A program made the position numbers and the translations under genes. Under the pieces are notes generated by a model that was not told the DNA's origin, did no database searches, and worked only from the letters and a program-made list of their open reading frames with translations. Positions 26,373 to 38,827 of a stretch of 64,000 nucleotides of DNA are shown one piece after another (position 1 is the stretch's first letter; every line of letters starts with the position of its first letter). This DNA is from Mytilus trossulus (Eukaryota): NCBI RefSeq assembly GCF_036588685.1, contig NC_086382.1, positions 32,798,001 through 32,862,000 of the forward strand. Direction: 5' to 3'.

Positions 26373-27018
26373 TGTATTTTTATCACTCGACTTAAAGTTG
26401 CACGCATGTAAAGAATTGAATTAGGAAAGTTATACACTGTCCACACTAGGGGTGACTTTGTTTGTGTTTAGACAATGAAAGTCAAAAGACGATAACTGTG
26501 TACTCGGAATTCAGAATTTCTTCCGAGTTATTTCCCTTATGCCGTTCATACAAACATAATCCTGATCTAGAATGCCTTTAAAAGATATCGGAAAACTATC
26601 CAAATGGACTGCTAGCACCAATATTTATAAGTTAAAAGTTTATATAAGATTCATTATATGGTCTTCTGTATACTGAAAATCGGCTATTTAGTATACGGAT
26701 ATAAATTGCTCACCAATCGAACCTTTATTCAGTTTTTATCACTAGAAATATATATGCTTGCTGTTGTATACAATTGTGACCCCCCCCCCCCCCCCCCAAT
26801 TGTATGCATCAATAATTGTACAACTGTATCGTAAACAAATGACAAAAGTAACTTCCTTCAACAAAATACTTTACTTACTCAATATATATCTTAAATTCGT
26901 ATTGTGTTATCTTTGCCTTGACTCATGCAGTCAAGAATTTTGTATAACATGATATTATTATTATGATATGCAACACATTATACAAACTAGTCTACAAACT
27001 GCTATGATATTGTTGTTG

Positions 27019-27507
27019 TTACTCAAGGTATAACATGTAGCAAGTTGCCACGATCACACTATCCCCAAGTGGCACAGTCACAGATGTGTGTGTGTCTGTA
27101 GAGTTATTCCATAAACATCTACTTCCAACAGAAATTGTAGCATTTTCTTGAACAATAGTCACGTGCACTATTATTCTAAATCGACTGTTAAAATACTCCG
27201 CTTTGATTCGTTGTCTTATGGCATCACTCAGTCGCGTGCAGAGAAAACCACGCCCCTCTTTATCTAAGAAATCTTCCTCCTCTCCGACAACCACCTCCAA
27301 TATGGTATTGTTCATGATACTATTGACAATTGTGGTTGCGATAGTGTCATCCGGTGCCATTCTGTATGTATTCTCATAACGAATTTTAGGTTCTTCGCTC
27401 GTTTCAGTTCGGCTACTGTCATCATCTCTCTTAAAGATGTGAGGAGACTTGATAACGTTTCTAACTAAATTAGAAAATCGACTAAGTCTTGGGAGACTCG
27501 TTTCCAT
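27019..27507 (-). CDS. Tctex1-domain protein (dynein light chain Tctex-type), paralogue 1, single coding exon
   Basis: IRYENTYRMAP ... RFRIIVHVTIVQ ... VGSRCLWNNSTD ... ATCYMLYLE. Confidence 0.9.
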   Translation of the reverse strand: METSLPRLSRFSNLVRNVIKSPHIFKRDDDSSRTETSEEPKIRYENTYRMAPDDTIATTIVNSIMNNTILEVVVGEEEDFLDKEGRGFLCTRLSDAIRQRIKAEYFNSRFRIIVHVTIVQENATISVGSRCLWNNSTDTHTSVTVPLGDSVIVATCYMLYLE

Positions 27508-28396
27508 TTTGTCTTGTTAAGATATACTCGCATAATGTACTTGGGTTAAACGTACCAAGTAATTAACGATTAACAGGCAATTAAATCTTTTGTTTTTAGT
27601 GTGAAAGTTTAATGATTCAAAAGATAGAACAGTGACAAGTCAACCCATGAATTTAGTTTGTGTTTCGTTACTTTATAGAAAACAATAAAAACTCGTATTT
27701 GACAATAGACCATGCATGAATGAACAGAAAACATGTTTTCTTCTGGAGTGGCAAATATAAAAGACGTTTTTTTGTAATAATGTATGTTTGGGTACAAAAA
27801 GGGGGTCCATACCCTAAGCGATTAAGCTAAATAATGCATGTCTCATCTGACATAAACGTGTGTTTGCTTGGTAACGTGGTAATGGCTTAATCCATTTAAT
27901 CTTATTAACTGCTGATGAAGCATGTTTTAATATTGACAAGAAGAATGACACATTTTAAATGAAAGATTTATTATCCAAATAACATGCCGATTGTACCACA
28001 CATTACATGTTACAAACTATTTGGTAATTTAGTATCGTTTTAGTTTATCCGATTATATAATATATTTGTTTTAAAAAAAACTTGCAGGGTCTATGAATAA
28101 AATAAATGTTTTACCCCCACAAAAAGGTTAATAAAGTCATCGTATAAATTTTCAAGTTTAGCTATTACGTGCAAAATGGACCAACTCACATTTTGAAAGC
28201 ACTGTTGCACAATGGAGTTTTTTTTATTCAGTATATATATTCCGGACCATATGAGTATTTGGACCATACGCGTATGGTCATGACCATATGCGTATACTCA
28301 TATGGTCGGACCATATGAGTATATACTTGTATGGTTATTAACGGGCCGGACCATATGAGTATTTTGACCATATAGGTATTTTTTTTATGAAGTAAA

Positions 28397-29962
28397 ATGG
28401 CGTCCGATGTGAATGGACGTACATGTAAGACGACAGGTGTTGATTTGTCTGATACAAGTATTATGTCTGATGTAGGAGCTGATAAAAGTGGTAACGTAGA
28501 TTCCTTTTACAATATGAATGACACTTTCAAGCAATACTCCCCACAGAATAGTCAGATAGTGCATATATTAACAGAAATCGGCACCCCTGTCCGCCAAAAT
28601 GTAAACAATGACGACTCCATTGTTGATAGTCAAGATTCTCAAGACAGTAGTCAAGGGACACATTTTATACCTAACCAAGATTTTATTGCGATGTTAGACC
28701 TTGAATTGATAGATCTTCCTAGAGACTCATATATTGTAAAATTAATTGAATTAACGAATGATTCTGATGATACTATAACATGGTATAGGAGTATGTTGAC
28801 CAGTCGAGCCAAGTCAATACAGGGGTGTCCTTTAGGGAAATTAATCACGAGGAAAAGTACAAACAGAGGTTCATCCTCTCAAAAGTATGCAAAAGACTGT
28901 TACTTATTACAGCAATTTATTTCTGGCGACCCGTCTAGCATTGATGAAGTTTTTCGTAAGGACGAACCTAAATCTGTAAGCGAACATAACACAGTACCGC
29001 TGAATTGCCATCTCATAGAACTAAAAACAACGCTTCATATGACTATTGATAGGTTGAACGAAGTTGAAAAGTTGGGTAAAGCTAACCGTACAGTGATTGA
29101 AAAATTACAAACTGAGAATGAGAAGTTGAGACGAGAATTAGAAGACTCAAACGAGAGACTGAGTAAGCATATTGTATTCAGCGAACGTAAATACACGCAA
29201 TACGAAGCGAACTTAAAATTATTAAATCAGCAATCAAAAGCAATTGGTGAATTTGATTTTAATATGTATTCAGAAAAAATTAAACAGATAGACAGTGAAC
29301 AAATACGACATAGCAAACTACTTCTAAGTGCACAAAAAAGTTTTAACGAACTAAAAATGTCGTGTCAACAGTCGTACGCAACAAAAGTTAACCCACACAT
29401 TACCCCAGATAACATTCCGGTCAGTTCTACTGATAGTACAACTCAGAGTTATAATTCACGAATGCGATCACCCGAATCGGAGATTTCTAACGGTACAGTT
29501 AAAGAATCACAACAAACACACGAAACACTCCGTACAAATGTCCTTGCAAAAAAAGACGACAGTTATAAAAGTGATGAACCAACGACGTTCAAAATACCTG
29601 TTCGCTTACAGGGTTCCACTGCAGCAGTTCAGTCCACTGATGACAACTTCTTTACTGGTGTTTCACGGAAAAAGTCCGCAAGATATTACTTGTCAGGAAT
29701 TGATTCGAAGTCAACCCGTTCCGGAATTATGACTTATTTAGAGAGTAGAAATGTGCAAGTGACATACCTGAGATTGTTTCAATCGCGAAATAGTTTACGC
29801 TATGTGTCTGCTAAATTGAACGTATCCGAACACTGTGCTGATATTATTGAAGGGGAAAACTTTTGGCCTAGTGGTGTGCATTGTAGGAAGTGGCTTAGTA
29901 ACCAGGCGTGGTATCAACGAAGCTCCGAGGTTCCAAGCGACCCAAAACAAGGCGAAAACTAA
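28397..29962 (+). CDS. LINE ORF1 (coiled coil plus C-terminal RRM-like domain)
   Basis: 521-aa ORF with a central heptad region and the C-terminal YYLSGID...SAKLNV...FWPSGVHCRKW motif typical of LINE ORF1 proteins. Confidence 0.85.
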   Translation: MASDVNGRTCKTTGVDLSDTSIMSDVGADKSGNVDSFYNMNDTFKQYSPQNSQIVHILTEIGTPVRQNVNNDDSIVDSQDSQDSSQGTHFIPNQDFIAMLDLELIDLPRDSYIVKLIELTNDSDDTITWYRSMLTSRAKSIQGCPLGKLITRKSTNRGSSSQKYAKDCYLLQQFISGDPSSIDEVFRKDEPKSVSEHNTVPLNCHLIELKTTLHMTIDRLNEVEKLGKANRTVIEKLQTENEKLRRELEDSNERLSKHIVFSERKYTQYEANLKLLNQQSKAIGEFDFNMYSEKIKQIDSEQIRHSKLLLSAQKSFNELKMSCQQSYATKVNPHITPDNIPVSSTDSTTQSYNSRMRSPESEISNGTVKESQQTHETLRTNVLAKKDDSYKSDEPTTFKIPVRLQGSTAAVQSTDDNFFTGVSRKKSARYYLSGIDSKSTRSGIMTYLESRNVQVTYLRLFQSRNSLRYVSAKLNVSEHCADIIEGENFWPSGVHCRKWLSNQAWYQRSSEVPSDPKQGEN

Positions 29963-29973
29963 AAACTTTCACA

Positions 29974-32900
29974 ATGAAAAGAACTATTATTTCAAATGTT
30001 GTATTATTTCTGAATGTATTACTCATTTTGTTTTTTATGTCTAGTATTAAGTTAGTAGCATGGAACGTCAGGGGTATCATGTCCTCTACTATTTGTCTTA
30101 GTAAACTTGTAAAGGACACTGATTGTGATATATGTGTAATATCTGAACATAAATTGAAAGAAAGGTCTTTACATTATTTATCTACTATAGAAAGAGGGTA
30201 CAACTGTATAAGTAAAGCTGATGCATTACCCATAGGGTATAACGCATATCATGGTAAGGGTGGTATTGCCATATTATACAAAACTTCACTCCAGTTTTCT
30301 GTAAATGAAATAAGTGACATTAACTCCAGTAGAATAGCTGGTATTGAACTTAAAAACCAGTCTTATGGTTCACTTTTTATCTTTGGTGCGTACTTACCAT
30401 CTGATGACTCTATTGAAAATTATAAGAGTGAATTAAATATACTAGATAATTTATATACATACTATAGTGTTTATGGTAATTGTATAATTGCAGGTGATTT
30501 AAATGCTAGCTGCTTAGGTAAAGACAGATCTATGTCAAATAATTATAAATCAAAAGAGTTATTAAAATTTGTATCTAGGCATCATTTGTTGTATGCCGGG
30601 GGTGAAATACAAATAAAAGGGCCAAATTATTCGTATATAACCAAACAAACAATGTTAGATTATATCTTATGCAATGAAAGTATGTATAGAAAACTAAGGT
30701 ACTATGAAATCCTTGATGAAGGGAAGATAAGTAGCACGTCCGATCATTTGCCAGTTGTAGCTGAGTTTGTGATAGACTCAAACCCGCATCGTGTAATGAA
30801 CTCTTGCGACAAGTTACCTGCTTGGCATAAAGTTTCAGATGCGCAGATAAATGAATACAAAAAACTGCTGAATGATCCCGTTGATATGTTGATTGATAAA
30901 ATTAGGTCTTTTTCTTATGTCGATATTGACGCCATCAATGACGAATTCGTTAACATTTTACACACTGCTGCTGACATTGCAATCCCGAAATGCGGTTTTA
31001 ATCCACATACAAAGCCTTACTGGAACGCAGATGTAAAACGAGCACATGACAATGAAAGATCAAAGCGTAGATGTTGGGTACTAGAAGGTCGGCCTCGAGG
31101 CATGCATTTTGACTCTTATCTAATGTACAAAAGGGCCAAGTCCGAGTTTAGACGTGTACAACAATTGGCTAATGAACAGTATATACAGAGTTGTTATGAT
31201 GATCTCAATGAAACTGCCGAATGTGATGTACGTCTGTTTTGGAAACAAATAAAGCGTTTTAAAGGTCGTTCGTCTAAAGTGTATCCCGAGATTGTGTATG
31301 AAAACAAAGTGTATAATACTCCTGAGTCTGTAGCAAACTGTTTCGCCGAATATTTCCATGATATATACCAACCAAAGGATGAGAATAATTTTGACAATGA
31401 CTTTAAATGTTCTATCGAGAGTACATACAATGACATTATTAAAACATGTGGTGTTGAAGGTGAATACTTACCTGGTGGGTTGATAACTGAAAAAGAAGTT
31501 ACTGAATTAATAGGACAGTTAAAGTATAGAAAAGCCGCCGGACATGACAGAGTCCAAAACGAACATTTGCGTCACGGAGGTATCTCTGTTGTGAAGTGTG
31601 TAACTGCTATATTCAATATCATCGTCAAAAAAGGGCGAATACCGCAGGACTGGAAGCTAGGTCTCCTTGTTCCTATCTTCAAAGGTGGAACCAAGTGCAA
31701 GACTTCACCGGATAACTACAGACCAGTCAGTTTACTGTCCTGTATTTTGAAACTATTTGAAAGCGTTATCAAAGCTCGTTTAATAAATTTTGTGCTATTT
31801 GATAAAAACATTCCGAATCTCCAACAGCAAGGATTTCAAAAGTACCTTAGTTGCTTAACAGCATCATTTAACCTACATGAGACTATTTATCATAACCTTG
31901 AATTATTCAGTAAAATATTTGTTGCATTTTTAGATAGTAAAAAAGCTTTCGATACTGTATGGAGAATTGGGTTAATGTATAAATTGTATAATATAGGGGT
32001 AACAGGTAAAATGTGGTCAGTTATAAATGACTGTCATGTTGGTACCATGAGTTCTGTAGTTGTTAACCAATGTCATTCTGATTTTTTTCCTGTATTACAA
32101 GGTGTAAGGCAGGGAGGAGTATTGTCTGGTTTATTATATTTAATATTTATAAACGAAATGTTGGTTGAACTTGAAAAATGTAACCAGAAAACAGGTGTAT
32201 ATCATATAGCCAGTTGCTCTCCTGCTCTCGCTGACGACATTTCATGTATTGGCACAACCCCGTCAGGTTTACAGAGAATGTTAGACACATGTACTGACTA
32301 TGCTAATAGATGGCGTTTTTGCTTCAATGCGAAGAAATCTTGTGTAATGCAATTCTCCCTTAATCCACGAGAAGTTCGGTTACAACACGATTGGCATATT
32401 GCAAACAGTGTTCTCCCGTTAGCAGAGGATTTTACTCACTTGGGTATTGAACTAAACTATAAATTTAGATCGACAGAAAGAACCTCTAACTCATGTAGAA
32501 GAGGCAAAAACTCATTTTTCGCTCTTAACGGTGTATGTCTCAAGTCAGCAAATCCATGCGTTCTACTTAAACTGTATAAATCTATTGTGTTACCTACTGT
32601 ACTGTATGGTTGTGAAATGTGGACTAATTTAAAGTCAAACGATATAGCAACGTTGAATTGTTTTCAGCACTTTATAGTCAAGCGCATTTTAGACTTGAGA
32701 ACTTCCACTAGGTCGGATATGTGTCAAAGTATACTTGGATTGCATCCTATTACTTCAACTATAGAGATAAAGAAGTTATATTTCTTACAAAAACTTTGTA
32801 GCCTTGATGGTAAATTCCTGACGAAAAAACTATTTCTTGTGCGCCTGTACTCTTATTTTATTGACACCGAACGTAAACATTATGGGTTCATTCAAGAAAT

Positions 32901-33489
32901 TATGGATATCTTATATAAATATTATCTTCATGAATATGTGATTATCTTTATGCGAGATGGAGTTTTCCCTTCAAAACAATCTTGGAAAATTATAGTAAAT
33001 AATACGGTAGACAAAGTACAAACTGATGAATGGACTCGTCGAATACAGAGTGACAATAACTTTTCTCGTTTTAGAAATATTCACCTCTCGGTCAAAGTCC
33101 CTGATTTCTGGAAATGCGCTAGATCATCAAGAGAAATCATAAACGCATACTTCATAACAAAATTACTAACTGACATCCCTAACAACACGGGAAGTACTTG
33201 CGAGCTATGTGACAGACCGTTTCTAGATGTGTACGTACATGCGTGTTGTAGTTGTTGTGGTACTCAATCAATCAGAGATGTATGGTGGGATTTCATTATT
33301 GAAAGGTTTCCATTGGAATTATTTGTCGAACTGTATTCATATGATGATGAACAGTTATATTGCATTCTTTTGGGCAAGCACATATCAACAGTAAATATCG
33401 ACACTGACAGTTTTCTTAGTTTGTGCCACGTACACGTTGCACTCTGTGTTGCTGAGTATAGCAGAGTAACGAGAAAGATGATACAGTAG
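29974..33489 (+). CDS. LINE ORF2: APE endonuclease, reverse transcriptase and C-terminal Cys/His motif
   Basis: AWNVRG, ISEH, AGDLNA, SDHLPV; NYRPVSLL, FLDSKKAFDTV, QGGVLSG, LADDI; CELC...H...C. First ATG at 29974; the frame is open from 29902. Confidence 0.93.
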   Translation: MKRTIISNVVLFLNVLLILFFMSSIKLVAWNVRGIMSSTICLSKLVKDTDCDICVISEHKLKERSLHYLSTIERGYNCISKADALPIGYNAYHGKGGIAILYKTSLQFSVNEISDINSSRIAGIELKNQSYGSLFIFGAYLPSDDSIENYKSELNILDNLYTYYSVYGNCIIAGDLNASCLGKDRSMSNNYKSKELLKFVSRHHLLYAGGEIQIKGPNYSYITKQTMLDYILCNESMYRKLRYYEILDEGKISSTSDHLPVVAEFVIDSNPHRVMNSCDKLPAWHKVSDAQINEYKKLLNDPVDMLIDKIRSFSYVDIDAINDEFVNILHTAADIAIPKCGFNPHTKPYWNADVKRAHDNERSKRRCWVLEGRPRGMHFDSYLMYKRAKSEFRRVQQLANEQYIQSCYDDLNETAECDVRLFWKQIKRFKGRSSKVYPEIVYENKVYNTPESVANCFAEYFHDIYQPKDENNFDNDFKCSIESTYNDIIKTCGVEGEYLPGGLITEKEVTELIGQLKYRKAAGHDRVQNEHLRHGGISVVKCVTAIFNIIVKKGRIPQDWKLGLLVPIFKGGTKCKTSPDNYRPVSLLSCILKLFESVIKARLINFVLFDKNIPNLQQQGFQKYLSCLTASFNLHETIYHNLELFSKIFVAFLDSKKAFDTVWRIGLMYKLYNIGVTGKMWSVINDCHVGTMSSVVVNQCHSDFFPVLQGVRQGGVLSGLLYLIFINEMLVELEKCNQKTGVYHIASCSPALADDISCIGTTPSGLQRMLDTCTDYANRWRFCFNAKKSCVMQFSLNPREVRLQHDWHIANSVLPLAEDFTHLGIELNYKFRSTERTSNSCRRGKNSFFALNGVCLKSANPCVLLKLYKSIVLPTVLYGCEMWTNLKSNDIATLNCFQHFIVKRILDLRTSTRSDMCQSILGLHPITSTIEIKKLYFLQKLCSLDGKFLTKKLFLVRLYSYFIDTERKHYGFIQEIMDILYKYYLHEYVIIFMRDGVFPSKQSWKIIVNNTVDKVQTDEWTRRIQSDNNFSRFRNIHLSVKVPDFWKCARSSREIINAYFITKLLTDIPNNTGSTCELCDRPFLDVYVHACCSCCGTQSIRDVWWDFIIERFPLELFVELYSYDDEQLYCILLGKHISTVNIDTDSFLSLCHVHVALCVAEYSRVTRKMIQ

Positions 33490-36120
33490 CGTGCTTAGTA
33501 CATGAACTGTCGTTAGTGAGAGCAATTGTCTTATAATAATCTTTTGGAAATTTGCTTTAGTTATTGTAAATAGTGTAATATTATAATATTGTATTGTGTT
33601 GCCTGTTATGTAAACTTTTGTAATTTAATTTGTTAACATATATGTTGTTCATTGAATCTCTTGATAGAGGAAATAAAGAAATGAATGAATGACATTTACT
33701 TCCACACGGTAACATAACTTTTTTTGCATTTCCACGTCATGGTTGTGCACGATCCTTTTGTTTTTTAATATCGTAATATGCACTACAATACACCATATTC
33801 ACAAAGCAACTTAAATAAAATATGTTCCGCTTGCCAGTGACTTCTTGTGTAACAGTTTATTGAGAAATTTTTGGAAGTTATCTTTTCAAGTCGAAATATT
33901 GCTATTCACTCGTAATAACAAATTGGTAATGGACATCGGTATACAATGTGTTTATTATAATTTTGACTAGGTAGTAAAATTTACTATGTGAAACTTAGTT
34001 AATGTCTTTATAATAATATGATAATAAAATTACCTATATGATAGCATATTTTTAATGAACGCTCATAACAGAGTGTTAATTACCCCGACCATACGCGTAT
34101 GGTCGGACCATATGAGTATATACCCATATGGTCATGACCATACGCATATGGTCCAAATACTCATATGGTCCGGAACATATATACATCTGAAGATGCTTCG
34201 ATTAAAAACTTTGATAAACTTGTGTTGACTAGTTTATTATTAATCGAATGAAGTTACCACTCCATTTTTCTGGACCCACCATGCAATTTTCATTCCGGTG
34301 GTCATGTTTTTTTTCTCTCTCGATTAACACGAAATGCCGAAAGTAAACTGACAGTACCCCTTTCTCAATACTTTATTTTTTTATGCGCGAAAGCACATCA
34401 CCAAGAGACAAATAGTCAAAATCAGGATATGTTGTATACATTTTTGCATCTCATGTTTGTGGTATACCATCTTTCCTGCAAGTTTATTGTTTTTCTGTTT
34501 GGTATCAAATTCCCAGTACTATAAAGATCCATTTTGTTACCTCTTGTCACGGATCCATTTATTTGGCAATCGTCAATGGCCGTCAGCAGTGTTTCAGAAC
34601 ATCAGTTGTTCGACCTGTTAGTCAAATGGGTTTTGTAAATATATGCTTTTTCACTTTTTTATCTATTGAAAAATGTTGTTTTTCACTTCTTTGATCTATT
34701 GGAAAATGTTGTTTGAGTTTTATTTAGACACCTCTACCACGAAATTTGTTTTTCATGCACACGTATAAACAATGTGGTTATATCCAAAACAATCATAATT
34801 TAGACTTGTATATGTATAAAACTGTCAAACGTTTCCATCCCTCCCAATTGTGTCTGCATGCCTCGCTTTTACTCACAAAATAAACAAAAGTCTGAAGGAC
34901 TTCTATGTGAAACAATCTCCCATACAGACAGAGTTATCGTCCTTTCCTCTAGGAAAGGACGATAACTCTGTCTATGTGAAAGTCAGTGGTCCAGTTTTCA
35001 CGTCAATTAAATCTTTTTAATCAGTATAATTCTGAAACCATTTTTTTCTTTACATTTTAAACTTTCTTGGAACCCAAGAATTCCATTCATAAAAGTATTG
35101 CGTTTGAATATATCGCAGTCGAAATTTTACGTATCCGATAAAACTAGTTTCAGCAACAAAAAGTCCTGATCTATATATTTCGAAATTAAATCAAAAGGAA
35201 ACATTTTAGCGAACCAATCACATTCAAGTACTTGTATATATGCATATAAAAAGGTTTTCCAAAAGGATTATTTTTTAAGTTTTTGTGAGACATTTGTAGT
35301 ATATGTGGACCAAGACAGTATATAAGCTATTTACAAATGTATGTTTGTAATGTTTGTCACGATCATACACGTAATCAAGTTCCGTTAAAATTGAATGAAA
35401 AGCAATTCTCGTCTCGTCCGTATACATTTTAACTTAAGTGATGCCAAATTAATTTATAGTTGTTAATTTCCAACCATTTCATATACAAAACTGAACGAAC
35501 CCAAAACTAAGAATTTAAAGATTTATAGTTGTCCCACTCACATGCACTGATAATAAAACTTAAGTTACAGACCAACTTTAAGTATCATCGTAGTCCAAGG
35601 ATTCTCCTGTAGCCCATAAAAACTGACAAAAATAGAAACTATTCTAGATGTTATAAAAACCTTCAATATAGACACAGTTAGTCCCTTTATAGAAAAGGAA
35701 ACAATCGAGACTTCGTTCGAGACGATAGAGATAGTCTAGCAATCGATTTTCAAATAAATTTACACTATATAAAATATACAATAAAAAGAAGGTAACATTC
35801 AAAAACTTATCTGATAATATGTAGAATTCAGAATATTATCAATACGACGGATGTCACACACATGTGGAGCAGGATCTGCTTACCATTCCGGAGCACCTGA
35901 GATCACCCCCAGTTTTTGGTGGGGTTCGTGTTTCTTAGTGTTAAATTTTCTATGTTGTGTCTTGTGAACTATTATTTGTCTGTTTGTCTTTCTCTTTATT
36001 TAGCCATGGCGTTGTCAGTTTATTTTTGATTTATGAGTTTGAATGTTCCTCTGGTATCTTTCGCCTATCTTTCAGAATATAACTACCAAATAAGAACACA
36101 ATATCGGTTTTATGATTCAC

Positions 36121-36621
36121 TTATTCAAAATAAACTGCATAACAAGTTGACACAATATAACTATCACCAAAAGGTATGGATACTGTCATGTGATTGTCTG
36201 TGTTGTCGTTCCACAAACATCTACTTCCGATGGAAAAAGTGGCAAAATCTTGAACAATAGTTACATGAATTATAAATCTGTACCTAGTATTTGCATATTC
36301 CGTTTTGATTCGATGTTTAATGTCGTCTGTTAGTTTCGCACACAAATGACCCCTGCCCTCTGACTCGAGAAAATCGTCGTCTTCACCGGCAATGAGTTCT
36401 TTAATTGCCTGTCGCATAGTGCCTTGGATAGTATTTTCCGAGAGTAAATTGTCAGGATCCATTTTGTATGTATTTTCCCATTTGAATTTATTAAGTTCGT
36501 CCGTAGTTTCAGATCGACAGTTGCTTTCATCGTCTCGACGTCCTGACGGTGTTTGGCTCTTGGTGGCAGCACGAAGCTGAGCTGCTCTAGCTGTTGGTCT
36601 CTGTAGATATGCTTTATCCAT
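36121..36621 (-). CDS. Tctex1-domain protein, paralogue 2, single coding exon
   Basis: FKWENTYKMDP ... RYRFIIHVTIVQ ... IGSRCLWNDNTD ... STCYAVYFE; closest to paralogue 1. Confidence 0.9.
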   Translation of the reverse strand: MDKAYLQRPTARAAQLRAATKSQTPSGRRDDESNCRSETTDELNKFKWENTYKMDPDNLLSENTIQGTMRQAIKELIAGEDDDFLESEGRGHLCAKLTDDIKHRIKTEYANTRYRFIIHVTIVQDFATFSIGSRCLWNDNTDNHMTVSIPFGDSYIVSTCYAVYFE

Positions 36622-37858
36622 TGCTTATTTTGTAAAATCCACAAATTTCTGTTTATGATACTTCCCAACAAGAATTTATATTACAGAATGCTATATAAAG
36701 TCAAAAATGAATTTGCAAGTTTTGAATTAATGGAACCAGTGAATCGAATTAAAGACTTTCTAAAATGATTGATATTTTTCTATTGTTTAATTGAACTTGC
36801 TTGACAACCAATGCATGACAGTTGAATGAACACAATTGCTTATAGTTAATTAAATCTTGTTCAATGCTATAAATACTTAAATTATAATGGCGGATGTATC
36901 ATTGACTAATGGCTGCATACAATTCAATTGTATTATTAAAAGTGAGAAGATCCAAAGTCTCAATTAATTTTCAATAAAATGCATATTATCTTTTGTCATT
37001 ATTACCATGTTGCAATTATCGTTAGTTAAAATGGAATCAATTTTTTCAGTGCTTTTATTGAAATTATTTATATTTTTATTAATTATATTTTGTGAAATTT
37101 ATTTTGAAGCGAAAGTTCTTCTTGATCGTGAAATTGATTTAACTTTTGGGATTATTACAATCGATTTTTAATTGCTTTTAATAAAGTCGAATATCTGTAC
37201 CTAGTTACTTTGTACTGTAGTATAATACAGACGGGGAAAACTTCGTATCTCAATTAAACTCATCAAATATGTATACGGGTTGCTGACACCAAAAAGCAGA
37301 CGGTACATGCAAACTAAGCATTCTTCCTCTGTTCGAATCAAATAGTTCTTTTAAGTTAAAATACGAAAAGTATACCTAAGTTGTAAACTGTTTTAAATCT
37401 AGAAAATTTTGTCACAAACAAACATACCATTCATTTCTGTATCTAAATGTATACTGTGAAATGAAAGCATAGATTGTATTTATAAAATTAACGGTCAGCT
37501 AAACTAAAACAAAGCGGAGATAAGCAATCAATAGAAGCCGATGGTTTTCTCATGATTTACTAATTGTTGTTTGCTTTGCGGCCAGTGGCAAATATTTCAT
37601 GGCTGTTCATGACTATAAGAAATAACAGAAATTATTACATTGGTTGCAATGAATTACATTGATTTCCCAGTTAGATAAATCCGATAATTTCACATGTGAA
37701 ATAAACGTGGTTATTTCACTCTCTGACGTCATACAACAATAGACGTTGGCAAGCCGTCGATAACGTCGAAACAAAACATGCGTAGGAAAACCATATAGTT
37801 CCTTACATTTTCTACATTTTAATTTCATAAAAAAAAGCAATTTGACAATGTAATAAAA

Positions 37859-38015
37859 AGTATAACTAATCGCCGTATTTGAATATCAAAAATAAGACAA
37901 CTAGTGACCGAACGCCGCTATGGACTAAACTCGTGCTGCGCACTCGTTTAATCCATGCTTCGTTCGGTCACGGTTGTCTTATTTTTTATATTCAAATACG
38001 GCGATTAGTTATACT
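37859..38015. repeat. Long near-perfect hairpin (foldback/MITE end)
   Basis: AGTATAACTAATCGCCGTATTTGAATAT... is mirrored by ...ATATTCAAATACGGCGATTAGTTATACT. Confidence 0.8.
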
Positions 38016-38827
38016 ATAATTACAATAGGTATGTCTTGTTAAAGTGGTCGATAAGGATAAAATGCCGAAACAGAGACGTCATATTAAAAATGCTCCCATT
38101 CTCCATTTGTCGATGCCACTGCTGGTGGACGTTTCGTCCTCGGGGGGTATCACCAGCCTAATAGTGAAGCACTTCGGTGTTCACATGAATATCAATTATA
38201 TTGTCATTTTTATAAATTTCCTGTTACAAAACTTTGAATTTTACGAAAACTAAGGATTTTCTTATCCCAGGAAAAGATTACTTTAGCTGTATTTGGTCGA
38301 TGTTTATTTTTCTTTGCTACGTCTGTTTCGTAGAAACTATAAGCAATAGGTCAACTATATTTGGTGTATTAAATGATTATTAGGTGAACATGTATTTCTC
38401 GTTTGGTTTATCTGACATTGATCCCATTTTCTTGGATCATGTTAGATTTAGGTGAACTTAATTGTAATAAAGCTTTATATCAAGGAACCAAAGGTTTGTG
38501 AAGAAGGCGAGACATTTCAGCGTGTGCAATCTTGTTTCCTTTGACGTTATACTATTTGTTATAGTGTGATTTTTAAAAATACAACAATGCTGAAACATTA
38601 GAAATTTCTTCTTTTTAATGTGTTTACTGGTTGAAACTTCATTCATTCACATAAAAGTACGTGTTAAATCTATTGTAGTATAAGATAAAGAATAAACAAC
38701 ACTTGACTACAATTTTATATGCCCGCTTTTCTATTCGAAGATTGGCGACCTCCTCATCAAAAAGAGTTGACTAAAAGGTTATATATACTACTGTAAAAAA
38801 AGTAAAGTAAAAGATTTAGAAAGTTAA

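Larger units (their letters stand above)
28391..33692 (+). mobile_element. Full-length LINE (CR1/L2-group-like; clade not resolved)
   Basis: Two intact ORFs, AATAAA at 33672, (AATG)n tail to 33692, and ATGA at both junctions. Confidence 0.9.
28232..34183. mobile_element. TIR DNA element (MITE) split by a LINE insertion
   Basis: Left end TTCCGGACCATATGAGTATTTGGACCATA.GCGTATGGTCATGACCATATG (from 28240) is the reverse complement of ~34085-34175. Both ends sit in TA repeats. Confidence 0.85.

Noticed and set aside
34186-34215. CTGAAGATGCTTCG resembling a hammerhead start
   Set aside because: No stem II closure or GAAA core follows.
38105-38170. Hammerhead-like CTGGTGA...GACGAAAC on the - strand
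   Set aside because: The core deviates (CUGGUGA) and is paired with CACCAG in a rod-like stem. More likely a retrozyme body remnant than a ribozyme.
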